Of a stretch of DNA of 64,000 nt, positions 9,190 to 18,534 are shown one piece after another. The notes beneath the pieces are model-generated. The model had not been told where the DNA came from and ran no database searches. It saw only the letters and a program-made list of their open reading frames with translations. This DNA comes from a virus (taxonomy: Duplodnaviria; Caudoviricetes): IMG/VR virus record IMGVR_UViG_3300044694_000082, positions 1 through 64,000 of that record. One strand, written 5' to 3'. Made by a program: the position numbers and the translations under genes. Numbering within the stretch: position 1 is the stretch's first letter; each line of letters starts with the position of its first letter.

Positions 9190-10587
9190 TTAGTGTGGCT
9201 GTTCTTCCCGCCGGTTTCCAGGCAGTGGAAGCTCCGTGGTGATGGTGCTATGCGGGTCGTAGAGGGTGTGGACCGCGGGCTGCAGGGTTCGCAGCGGCAT
9301 GGTGTCCTCATGCCGTTGGGCCGGGATGGCTGGCAGTGGAGTGTTGTTGCCGTGTGCATTGCCGCGTGTGACCCAGCCCCGGTCGCGGAGTTGGAGAACG
9401 GCCACGTACTTCGCTGGGTAGATGACGAGCACCTTGACGATGATTTCCACCGGCGTCGCCCACAACCACATGATGACCTTCGCACTCCAGTGCATACCGG
9501 GGCGCCTGACCATGTACTGCGCGGTTTCGGCGTAGCGGATGCAGAGGTAGGAGGCAAAGGCGACGCCCACGTACAGCGGCTTGGTGTGGAAGAAGGCACC
9601 GCTGACGCTCATGACGAGCAGGACCGGCAACATGATCCACTGTGTGACAGCCAGCAGCGGGAAGGCCAGTTTGTGCCATTCCAGGTTGATGATGGCGAAG
9701 GGGAGCGCCTGCCAGGAGGACTTGCCCCAGCGCTTGCGCTGCTTGTACAGGCCGGAGAGAGTGTCCGGCATGGCCGAGTGGACGACGGCCTCGTTGACGA
9801 CGACCACGTCCCCGCGCAGCAGGGCGTACATGGTGAGCCTGCGGTCGTCGCCGTTGGTGCCGGACTTGACGTAGTCGTGCAGGTTGTCGAAGACGACGGG
9901 TGCGCGATAGAGGGCGAGTGCTCCGGAGGTGGTCTCGACGGCGCCGAGCATGGAGCGGGAGGAGCGGATCATCAGGCAGCTGGTACCGATGTTGATGTCG
10001 GAGATGCGGGTGATCCAGTTGTCCTTGTAATTGCGGGTCAGGATGAGGCCGGTTGCCGCCATCACACGGCGCTTGGACATGGCGCGCATCAGGTACTCCA
10101 GCGCGTCGTCTCCTGGCACGGAGTCGGAGTCGACGGTGAGAATGTAGTCCCAGTCCTCACGCTGCAGTTTCTTCAGTACGCCTGCCTGGGCTTCGCGTTT
10201 GCCGCCGTTGGGCTGGCGGTGCCAGACGATGCGGGGATGATCGAAGGGCTGCACGGGGTTGTTGACGGATCCGTCGTCCATGACGTGGATCTCGGTGATG
10301 GGGTAGGTCTGCCGAAGCAGTGCGTCGAGGGCTGCCTTGAGGAGGTGGGGTTCCTCTTCGTAGGCGGGCACGATGCAGACCACGCGGCCGGTGGCGACAC
10401 GACGCTGTGCCCAGTGGGAGTTCATCTCCAGGGAGGAGATGTAGAAGACGATGAGTGAGGCGTCGAAGAGGTAGACGCCGGTGAGGAAGTGTCTGTCGCT
10501 GTCGCCGATGGCGAGGTGGTAGGTGGCGGCCCAGGCTGCCACCCCCACCGCGCCAAGGACGCAGGCGGCGAGCCTGCTGAATCTCAT
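9190..10587 (-). CDS. Processive membrane GT2 glycosyltransferase (hyaluronan synthase/NodC/chitin synthase-like)
   Basis: PAYEE, DDGS, GKR, VDSD, GDDRRLT and QRKRW (QxxRW), with N- and C-terminal TM segments. Confidence 0.9.
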   Translation of the reverse strand: MRFSRLAACVLGAVGVAAWAATYHLAIGDSDRHFLTGVYLFDASLIVFYISSLEMNSHWAQRRVATGRVVCIVPAYEEEPHLLKAALDALLRQTYPITEIHVMDDGSVNNPVQPFDHPRIVWHRQPNGGKREAQAGVLKKLQREDWDYILTVDSDSVPGDDALEYLMRAMSKRRVMAATGLILTRNYKDNWITRISDINIGTSCLMIRSSRSMLGAVETTSGALALYRAPVVFDNLHDYVKSGTNGDDRRLTMYALLRGDVVVVNEAVVHSAMPDTLSGLYKQRKRWGKSSWQALPFAIINLEWHKLAFPLLAVTQWIMLPVLLVMSVSGAFFHTKPLYVGVAFASYLCIRYAETAQYMVRRPGMHWSAKVIMWLWATPVEIIVKVLVIYPAKYVAVLQLRDRGWVTRGNAHGNNTPLPAIPAQRHEDTMPLRTLQPAVHTLYDPHSTITTELPLPGNRREEQPH

Positions 10588-10757
10588 TAGCTGTTGTACC
10601 TCCGCTTACGGTTCGCAGCGCGGTACACCAGCGCGCCTATGAGGACGAGCCCGATGATCGTGGCGATCGTCCAGCTGAAGGCCGCGGTGCCCCCGAAGAG
10701 TGCGACGCCTGCGCCAGTCTTGGCGAGGGTTCCGCCCCCACCGCTGTATCCGGCCAT
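10587..10757 (-). CDS. 56-aa micro-protein that is almost entirely an LAXTG sortase-type sorting signal
   Basis: Not in the ORF track. Manual translation: MAGYSGGGGTLAKTGAGVALFGGTAAFSWTIATIIGLVLIGALVYRAANRKRRYNS*. Strong RBS; TAATG overlap with the GT2 start. Confidence 0.8.
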   Translation of the reverse strand: MAGYSGGGGTLAKTGAGVALFGGTAAFSWTIATIIGLVLIGALVYRAANRKRRYNS

Positions 10758-10781
10758 TACCTTCCTTCCTTGTCGGTGCGG

Positions 10782-12035
10782 CTAGAGCCGCTCGATGTTG
10801 GGGCTGTCGGGCATGACGCCCCTGGTGTCCAGCACGTAGCTCGCGTGGATCGCGATGTGCTGGAGATCGAATTCCGCGTGCGGTGTGAGCAGCACGACGG
10901 CGTCGTAGTCCTCCACGGCCCGGTCGGGGCCGGTGGGGATTTCCCTGAGCTGGTCGATGTCGTCCTCGGGGAAGTACGGGTCGACGGTGGTGACGCGGGC
11001 GCCGGTTTCGCGCAGCAGGTTGACGACCTCGACGGCCGGGGACTCGCGCATGTCGGCGGTGCCGGGCTTGTAGGCCTGGCCGAGGGCGAGGATCTCGGCG
11101 CCGTTGAGGGGGACGCCGAGGTGATTGAGGGCGTCCTGCAGTCGGCGGACGACGTAGCCGGGCTGGGAGTCGTTGATCTCCTGGGCCAGTTCGACGATGC
11201 GGAACCTCTGGCCGTACTCCGTCTGGAGGTGGTGGCTGAGGTAGACCGGGTCGCAGGGGATGCAGTGGCCGCCGACGCCGGGGCCGGGGGTGAACTTGGT
11301 GAAGCCGAAGGGCTTGGTGGCGCAGAGGTCGAGGACGTTGTGGACGTCCACGCCGAGGGTGTGGGCGTGGCGGCCGAGTTCGGTGACGAGTGCGATGTTG
11401 ACCTGGCGGTAGGTGTTCTCGAAGACCTTGGCCAGCTCGGCTTCTTCGAGGGTCTCGGCGACGACCACGTTCTCGGTGATGAGGGAGTAGAAGGTGGCGA
11501 CGACGTTGCGGCAGCGCGGAGTGAGGCCGGAGGTGATCTTCGGGGTGTTCTCGAAGGTCCAGGTCTTGTTGCCGGGGTCGATGCGCTCGGGGCTGAAGCC
11601 GACGTGGAAGTCCTCTCCGGCCTTCAGGTCGGAGGCGGTCTCCAGGATGGGTGCCACCACGCGGCGGGTGGTGCCGGGGAAGGTGGTGGACTCCAGGATG
11701 ACGGTGGCGCCGGGCTTGAGGTAGAGCGAGAGTGTGGTGGTGGCGGCCTCGACGTAGCTGAGGTCGGGGATGCCTTTCTTCAGCGGGGTGGGGACGGTGA
11801 TGACGGCGACGTCGAAGTCCTTGAGGTCTTCGTCGTCGGTGGTGGGCTTGTAGCCGCGGTTGAGGGCCCACAGGAGCGTGTTGTCGGTGACGTCCTCGAC
11901 GTACGAGGCGCCTTCCTGGAGCAGGGTGCAGCGGCGCTGGTCGGGTTCGTAGCCGACGACGTCGTGTCCGGCTTTGACGGCAGCCATGGCGAGGGGCAGG
12001 CCAACATAGCCCTGCCCCATGATGATGATCTTCAC
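10782..12035 (-). CDS. Nucleotide-sugar dehydrogenase (UDP-Glc/GDP-Man/UDP-GlcNAc dehydrogenase family)
   Basis: GQGYVGLP, VPTP, LESTTFPGTT, SPERIDPGN, AKVFEN, PGPGVGGHCIP, AYKPGTADMRESP. Confidence 0.95.
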   Translation of the reverse strand: MKIIIMGQGYVGLPLAMAAVKAGHDVVGYEPDQRRCTLLQEGASYVEDVTDNTLLWALNRGYKPTTDDEDLKDFDVAVITVPTPLKKGIPDLSYVEAATTTLSLYLKPGATVILESTTFPGTTRRVVAPILETASDLKAGEDFHVGFSPERIDPGNKTWTFENTPKITSGLTPRCRNVVATFYSLITENVVVAETLEEAELAKVFENTYRQVNIALVTELGRHAHTLGVDVHNVLDLCATKPFGFTKFTPGPGVGGHCIPCDPVYLSHHLQTEYGQRFRIVELAQEINDSQPGYVVRRLQDALNHLGVPLNGAEILALGQAYKPGTADMRESPAVEVVNLLRETGARVTTVDPYFPEDDIDQLREIPTGPDRAVEDYDAVVLLTPHAEFDLQHIAIHASYVLDTRGVMPDSPNIERL

Positions 12036-12116
12036 AGAGGTGGTGCCTTCCTTGTCGCGGTTCATCGTACTGGTGTGACGTTGGTGTGTTGATGCGTGTA
12101 ATGAATCTGGAATGTC

Positions 12117-12147
12117 AAAAGCCCGGGACGGTATGTCCCGGGCTTTT
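12117..12147. terminator. Bidirectional intrinsic terminator
   Basis: AAAAGCCCGGGAC-ggtat-GTCCCGGGCTTTT. Confidence 0.85.
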
Positions 12148-12161
12148 GTGGTGAGTTGGGG

Positions 12162-13282
12162 TCAGCTGGTGGGTTCTACGTGCCCACTACAGCTGTGCTT
12201 GCAGCCTTCGCATGCGCAGCGGCAGATGTTCGGGTCGGTCTCGTAGCCGGGGCAGCGACCTTCGGCGAGTCGGGCGGCTGCTTCGCCCCAGTAGCACAGG
12301 TCGTGCCAGTCGGGGCTTTCCATGGCCTGAGCGATGGTCATCTCGTGCTTGTCGTTGACCCGGTCGTAGATGCCACAGCAGACCAGTTCGGCCCGGATAC
12401 GGAACGCGACGTCAGACTGGAGTCGTTCCAGTTTGCAGGCGTGGCACCAGTCGGCGCACTGGGTGGCCTCTTCGACGGTGCCATCCGGGTTGCGAACGCC
12501 GAAGCGCATGTGGGTCTCGGGGATCTGTTCCAGCATGCGCTGCAGGACACCGTTCTGGGCGCGGAGTTCTTCGGTCTGCGAGAGGTGCTGGCCGTCGGCG
12601 TCGTCGAGTGCCTTCTGCAGTTCGGCGTTCTGCTGCTCGGCGTAGGCGAGTTCGACGCGGCGCAGCACCTGTTCGGCTTCCACTTCCCTGACGCCGAAGA
12701 AGGTCTGGTAACTGACTACGAAGTCGTCGCGGTCGCTCATGGGTGTCTCTTCCTTGTGATGGGGTGAGCTGCGGCATCGGCCACCGTGGCGTCCAGTCCG
12801 TCCCTAACGCCCTGCCGCAGCTCCTTACCGGCCGGTCAACCCCGTCCATCATGCTGCGCGGCGGGCCACTCGGCAGCCGTCGCAGGGGCAGTCTTCCTCG
12901 TGGTCCAGTGCTTCTCTGCGGCGGACGGCGGCAAGGCCTTTGATCTCGGTGATGAGATCCTTGAGGCTGGCGGGTCGCGGTCCGTCGCCGCGGGCGAAGG
13001 CGCTCGGGGCTTTCTTGGCCATCAGACCACCTCCGCGTGCAGGACGTGGTCCGGGGTGACGAGGCAAGTCGCCGGGTAGCTGTCCACGGCGTAGACGTAG
13101 ACACCGTCGGGGCCGATGGAGGTGACGCGGCCGTCGTAGGCCTCGCCGTCGCTGGTGGTGAACTCGATGTGGACGATGCCGCGGTCGCTCACGCCTCCGT
13201 ACACGGCTCCGTAGTGCATGGCCTGGAGCGTCTTCAGCGAATAGCGGGTGTCCTCTGTCTTTAGGAGTGCTGCCTGGTTCAT
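12162..13282 (-). CDS. Three hypothetical genes: 12162-12740 (Cys-rich), 12849-13022, 13022-13282
   Basis: RBS or TGATG coupling for each. Confidence 0.65.
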
Positions 13283-13375
13283 AGGGGTCTGAGCCCTTCC
13301 TTGTCGTTCCGGGAGTCGGCCCGGTTCCGTCAACTCTTGTTTGGACTGGTTCCAGTTATGGATCCAGTCCGGGTG

Positions 13376-13885
13376 TTACGCGCCTTTCAGGTCGTACACA
13401 GTAACGGAGATGTCGCGCTTTGTGAGGGTGTCGTGGATGATCGGTTCGATCTCATCCCAGGTTCCTCCGCCGAGGCCGCAGCCGATGCGGGGCATGTGGA
13501 CGGATGCATGCATGTCCTCGGCGATATCCGCCAGCTGGTGAAGGCAGATGCGCAGGGCGATGTAGTCCACTGCCCGGGGCAGCCCGGGATCGTGGCGTAC
13601 ACCATGCTGGGCGATCATGTTGGCGACCCAGAGGTGGGGGTCCGAGGGGATGTAGGGGGCGAGCTGCATCTGGCCGAGGGCGAAGGGACGGAGATGTCCC
13701 CGCTGCAGGAACTTGCCGTCCAGATGCCAGGCCCGGTACATGTCCTCAGGGATCCGGTCACGGTGGGACAAGGCGACGACGAAGCCCCTCCCCCACTTGC
13801 CTTCGTCATTGACGATATGGGCGATGATCTTCACACCGTCGCCCTGAGGATCGGTGGCGTCGCCGGTGACGTAGGTGATGGACAT
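13376..13885 (-). CDS. Macrodomain protein (TARG1/DarG-like ADP-ribosyl hydrolase)
   Basis: ITYVTGDAT, IIAHIVND.GKWGRGF, MPRIGCGLGGGTW. Confidence 0.9.
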   Translation of the reverse strand: MSITYVTGDATDPQGDGVKIIAHIVNDEGKWGRGFVVALSHRDRIPEDMYRAWHLDGKFLQRGHLRPFALGQMQLAPYIPSDPHLWVANMIAQHGVRHDPGLPRAVDYIALRICLHQLADIAEDMHASVHMPRIGCGLGGGTWDEIEPIIHDTLTKRDISVTVYDLKGA

Positions 13886-13886
13886 G

Positions 13887-16073
13887 TCAGCTCCTCGTGA
13901 GGGAGACGCCCGGCTTCTTCTCCCTGGCCGCCAGCGTCTGGACCGGCTGCACCGGCGGGAACTGGCCCGGGTTCTGGTTGAGCCGGTCACGCTCGGCGGC
14001 GGCGTCCGAGTAGCTGTCGTGGTGAGTGCACCAGGTGTAGTCGTCCATCTCGCCGAGGGCGACGTGAACCCATTCGCTGACGTGGACGACCATGTACTGG
14101 TCGGTCTCGTTGGTCGAGTGGTGCGGGAGGAGGACGACGTAGGGGTCTATGTAGCTCATGGAAGAACCTTCGAGAGGTGGGCGGCCCGCACCTCGTTGGC
14201 GCGGTAGAGGGCCTGGGGTCGGCCGGATTCAGGGTGGGGCCGGTCGCTGACGCGTTTGATGCCGTTGCGGGAGAGCCAGACACGGGCGCTGTTGGCGTCG
14301 GAGCGGCTGGTGTACTGGGCCACCTTTTCAGCGGTCCACAGTTCGGCTTCTTCGTGGGGTGTGGCGGTGTAGGTGTCGATCAGCGCCATGATCTGGTTGA
14401 CCTGGCTCGTGCACTTGGGGCAGTCGAAGTCCTTGGGGTGGGCTTCCAGGATGGTGCGGAGCTTGTCTTCCAGCTCTTCTCGGGTCATAGCCACGGTGGT
14501 CTCTCACTTCCATGGTGCGAGGTGTACGACTGCCCAGCCGACGGCCAGCCATATGAGGATGACGGCTGGGCAGCCGATGGTGAACTGGGTGAAGGCGTCG
14601 GGTCTTGGACGCTCGGGTGTGTTTGGTTGTCCGTCTTGATCCATTGCTCGATTTTCCGGGCGGCATGTCGCAGGTCGGCGATGATCCTGACAACGACGAC
14701 CAGCGGGATCAAGACACCCGCGGTGGCTGCGGGAGCGATGCCGAGGGTGGCGATCAGCCAGTCGTTGCGGGTGGAGTCCCACGGGAGCACGGCGATGCTG
14801 ATGACGCCGTACTCCATGATGGCGAGGGTGCCCAGAGCGGTGACCACGCATATGAATGGGCCTCGGCGGAGAGCGGCCATGGGCCGTCCTTCCTTGTCGG
14901 GTGGTGCAGGTGTTACTGGCCGATCTGGCGGACCTCGAAGTGGGAGATCCGCGGGGATACGACGCCAGTTGCCCGGGTGGCTTCGCGCAGGGTAGCGCGG
15001 ACGTCCTCTACGGCGGAATCCATCGTGTCGGCGGATGTCTGCCAGTAGAGATGGAGTTCGTTGCAGCAGGCCACGAAGTTGAGGACGGCGTCGTCGCCGA
15101 GGATGACGCCGATGGCCTGCTCTTCCTCGGCTCTGAGGTAGCCGACGTCGGCGATGACGGTCTCGGCGGAGTAGCGGTTCTGGGTGAGTTGGGTGGTGGT
15201 CATGTCCTTCCCTTTCGCAGGATGCGTTGCAGTAGGGGCCGGTCGCGGATCGACTTGGCCCAGGTGACGCCGGATTCGGTGAGGTGGAAGTACGTGCTGC
15301 GTGGCCGGTGGACGCCCTCGGGGAGCACTTCGATCTCGGCCTCGACGTATCCGGCCACTTCCAGGTCGCGGATGATCGCGAAGAAGTGGGGACCGGAGAT
15401 GCGTGCCCGTTTCATGATCTTTCGGCTGGCCATGCGGTAGGGCTTGCCGGTGACTTCGCGGGCGGCATGGACGGCCAGCAGGACTTCGAGCAGTCGCTCG
15501 ACTTTGCGGGTGACGCGCACGGTCATGTGCGTCACCCAGCCAGGAGGTGGGTGAGAAACCACCCGCCGAGGGCGATGATGACGACCAGCGCGATGAAGCG
15601 GGTCAGGCCGTGGCTGAGGTCATGGTGCCAGAGGTCGATCCAGGTGGTGTGTTCGCCCTGATCGCGATCGTCGTCGCGGTCGTAGTCCGTCATGGACTTC
15701 CTTGTCTGTGGAACTCTTTGCAGAAGGGGTCGATGTCGCACGCCCTTTCGTGAAGATAGCTCCCATGTACGCACCGTGGGCGGTTGTAGTCAGGATCGTG
15801 ATCTCGCTCGGGTGCGCGACGCGGCAGTCCGGCGCGCTTGTGCCAGAAGAGGGGCTCGTCCTGGGTGTCGGGGTCCCATGCGCCCAGAGCGGCGACGGCG
15901 TGGGGCAGCGTCTTGTAGCACCAGCCGTGTGCAGGGCCGAGGGATCCGTCACGGACGGCGTGGAGGCGGAAGTTGTAGAGCATCCGCTCCACCACGTAGT
16001 GCCATTCGCCGTCGGCGGCGTACTCCATGCCGCCCCAGTTCGGCCGTGGGATCGCCTCGTCATGAAGCTGCAT
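13887..16073 (-). CDS. Run of small hypothetical genes: 13887-14159, 14156-14494 (C-terminal HTH-like), 14485-14880 (membrane), 14913-15203, 15200-15535 (winged HTH), 15532-15693 (membrane), 15690-16073
   Basis: Overlapping stop/start codons and RBSs. 15200-15535 has IIRDLEVAGYVE..YFHLTESG, a PadR/MarR-like wing. Confidence 0.7.
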
Positions 16074-16641
16074 GCTGGTCCTCTTCGTCGGGGTCGGGGG
16101 TGTAGTCCATGTCGAACTCCTGCTGGTCGGTGTCGCTTTTGGCACCGTACTCACTGGGGTCCGGCTGGTTGAGGAAACGGGTGATCTCGTAGGTGGGCTG
16201 GTGCCGGTTGCGGGCGTAGAGGAACAGGCCGAAGGCGTGGCCGAGGTTCTTGGTGGCACGGAGAAAGGCCACGGACAGGGCGCCGTTCATGCAGTCGCTG
16301 TGCAGGTCCCAGATGGACGTCGGTCCGGACTCCCGCAGATCGCGGCCTTGTCCCCAGGCTCCAGCGCCGTCCCAGTAGGCGACGGGTGTGCCGTGGGGGT
16401 GGATGGTGACGCGGACGCGGGCTCGGTAGGCGAGGAACTTGAGTCGACCGCCGTCGCCCGCGGGTACTTCGGTCACTTCGAGATGCTGTTCGCTCCAGCC
16501 GAGAGGGCCGAAGATTTCACTGAGACGGGCCCGCACATAGTCGTGGAAGACGATGAGCTGCTCGTCGCTTTCCCTTGTCCCGACGAATTTCTCGTCGAGG
16601 CGTTCCAGGAGTGCTTTGATCTGGGCGTCGTTGAGTTGCAT
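16060..16641 (-). CDS. Rad52/Rad22-like (Sak-type) single-strand annealing protein
   Basis: VRARLSEIFGPLGWS, YRARVRVTI, AFLRATKNLGHAFGLFLY; acidic C-terminal tail. Confidence 0.85.
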   Translation of the reverse strand: MQLNDAQIKALLERLDEKFVGTRESDEQLIVFHDYVRARLSEIFGPLGWSEQHLEVTEVPAGDGGRLKFLAYRARVRVTIHPHGTPVAYWDGAGAWGQGRDLRESGPTSIWDLHSDCMNGALSVAFLRATKNLGHAFGLFLYARNRHQPTYEITRFLNQPDPSEYGAKSDTDQQEFDMDYTPDPDEEDQHAAS

Positions 16642-16680
16642 GCGTAATCCCTCTGGTGGGACTTCCTTGTCGGGTAATGC

Positions 16681-16709
16681 AAAACGGGACGGTGGTGAAC
16701 CGTCCCGTT
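16681..16709 (-). terminator. Intrinsic terminator-like hairpin
   Basis: AAAACGGGACGGT-ggtga-ACCGTCCCGTT; U-tract on the minus strand. Confidence 0.65.
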
Positions 16710-16720
16710 GATAGTAGCGG

Positions 16721-17023
16721 TTATGCGGATTTCTTGTAGCCTCTGTCCTCGGCTGCCTTGATCTGCAGCGCGGTGAGTCCTCTGGGCTTTGGCTGGTCAG
16801 GACACTTGTCCAGCAGAACAGCCTGATAACAGGTGATCTTGCGGCCCTTTTTACCGTCCCAGCGCTTCTCGTATTCCGTCACGGGACGGGGGCTGGCGTC
16901 CATGACGAATCGTTTGTTCAGGCCGAGATTGGTCAGCGCGAGGGCGTATTTGCGGATGGTTTCGACGGCGTCGTCATAGGAGAATGGGCCTATTGTGTAT
17001 TCGCTGGTCTCTGCGCCTGCCAT
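16721..17023 (-). CDS. Hypothetical protein
   Basis: 100-aa ORF with GACAAGGAA leader; more AT-rich. Confidence 0.65.
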   Translation of the reverse strand: MAGAETSEYTIGPFSYDDAVETIRKYALALTNLGLNKRFVMDASPRPVTEYEKRWDGKKGRKITCYQAVLLDKCPDQPKPRGLTALQIKAAEDRGYKKSA

Positions 17024-17092
17024 CGCGGTTCCCCATTCCTTGTCATGTCATACAAGGGTCATCATGCGCTAGTGAAAGCCGTTGTGCAAGGG

Positions 17093-18517
17093 TTATCGCC
17101 GGTAGTCGGCGATGACGGCGGCTTCCTTGGCCCGGGTGACGGCTGTGTAGGCCCAGCGGGGGTAGATGCCGCCGCCGGTGATGCCCTCGTCCATGACGAT
17201 GACCTTGTCGTACTCGCTGCCTTGGGCTTTGTGGGCGGTCAGGGCGTAGGCGTAGTCCCAGAGGCGGGAGTCGCGGGGGCGGCGGTCGTCGTTGCGCCAG
17301 AGGTCGGCCTCCTGGCCGAACTGGGCGCGGCAGACGCCGCCGACGAGGAGCTGGACGGGGTCGGTGGGGGTGGCGAGGTGATGGTCGTCGAGTTCGACGA
17401 CCATGTCGAAGGTGAGGCCGCCGCGGTCGTGGAGGTGACGGATGGTGCCGGTCATGCCGTTGTGGACGAGGAGGAAGTCCTTGGTGGCGCGGTAGCCGGT
17501 GCCGTCGCTTCGGACGCGGACGGCGTCGTAGGGCATGCCGCCGAGTGCGACGACGCGGTCTCCCACGTGGACGGGGCCGTCGCCGTGGAAGGTCTGGTTC
17601 ATCTCGGCGCGCAGGCGGTTGGAGTGGGTGATGATGACGCGGTCGGGGTCGGGTGTCCAGCGGTCGAAGACGCCGCCCATGCGGGGGTCGGACAGACGCA
17701 GGCGGACGGCGTCGCCGCGGCCGTAGGAGCTGCGGGTGAAGTGGCCGTGGGCGCGGACGTCGTGGGCGGCCTGGAGGATGCCGGAGTCGGCGCCCTGGCG
17801 GTGGATCTGGGTGAGGAGAACCTCGGGGTTCAGGGTCCAGGGGTTCATGTCGGCCTTGACCGGCGGGAGCTGGCCGTGGTCGCCGACGAGGATGACGGGG
17901 ACGCCGAAGGAGCGGACGTCCTCGACCTGTTCCTTCGAGAGCATGGACGCCTCGTCGATGACGACGGCGTCGCGGTGGCCGCCGAGGAACTTGCGGCGTT
18001 CCTGGCTGAGTTCCTCGCGGATCTTGCAGGTCTTGTGCGCCGCGGGGGTGGTGCAGGGGTCGAAACGGGCGGGGCACTGGCAGGCGTCGCTCTGGCCGCA
18101 GATGCAGTTGTCGACGACGCGGCGCACCCTTTTGCCGGAGATGTCACAGAAGTAGGTGGGTGCCATGTGGTAGATGAGCGAGTGGTAGGTGCGCACCCGG
18201 GCACTCTGGTCACCGTGGAGCTTCTTGCGCAGGACGCCCGCGGCCTTGTGGGTGGGCGTCCCGTAGACGACCTGGATGCCGAGGTGGGTTTCCAGGGCAC
18301 GCATGAGGGTGGTCTTGCCTGTTCCGGCGAGACCACCGAGGGAGATCACGGGGGCGGGCCCCGTGCCGGTGCCGTGGGTGTGGGGCAGGCTGGGGCAGGT
18401 GCCGAGTGCGGTCTTTCGTCCTCCGTTGCAGTGGATGATCTTGGTGGTGAGGGAGTCGTACCAGTCGGTGATGCGGTCGACGGCGTTGGCCTGGTCGGTG
18501 CTGAGTTTGGTGGTCAT
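17093..18517 (-). CDS. RecD/Dda-like SF1B helicase with Cys-rich insertions
   Basis: GLAGTGKTT, TPTHKAA, IDEASM, GDHGQLPPV, LTQIHRQ, YAYALTAHKAQGSEY, YTAVTRAK. Likely start MTTKLS at 18517. Confidence 0.92.
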   Translation of the reverse strand: MTTKLSTDQANAVDRITDWYDSLTTKIIHCNGGRKTALGTCPSLPHTHGTGTGPAPVISLGGLAGTGKTTLMRALETHLGIQVVYGTPTHKAAGVLRKKLHGDQSARVRTYHSLIYHMAPTYFCDISGKRVRRVVDNCICGQSDACQCPARFDPCTTPAAHKTCKIREELSQERRKFLGGHRDAVVIDEASMLSKEQVEDVRSFGVPVILVGDHGQLPPVKADMNPWTLNPEVLLTQIHRQGADSGILQAAHDVRAHGHFTRSSYGRGDAVRLRLSDPRMGGVFDRWTPDPDRVIITHSNRLRAEMNQTFHGDGPVHVGDRVVALGGMPYDAVRVRSDGTGYRATKDFLLVHNGMTGTIRHLHDRGGLTFDMVVELDDHHLATPTDPVQLLVGGVCRAQFGQEADLWRNDDRRPRDSRLWDYAYALTAHKAQGSEYDKVIVMDEGITGGGIYPRWAYTAVTRAKEAAVIADYRR

Positions 18518-18534
18518 GGTGTCGGCCTCATCGT

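Noticed and set aside
12085-12118. Canonical promoter for the glycan cassette (TTGACA at 12118-12113)
   Set aside because: No convincing -10 hexamer at 17-18 nt spacing, so it was not called as a feature.
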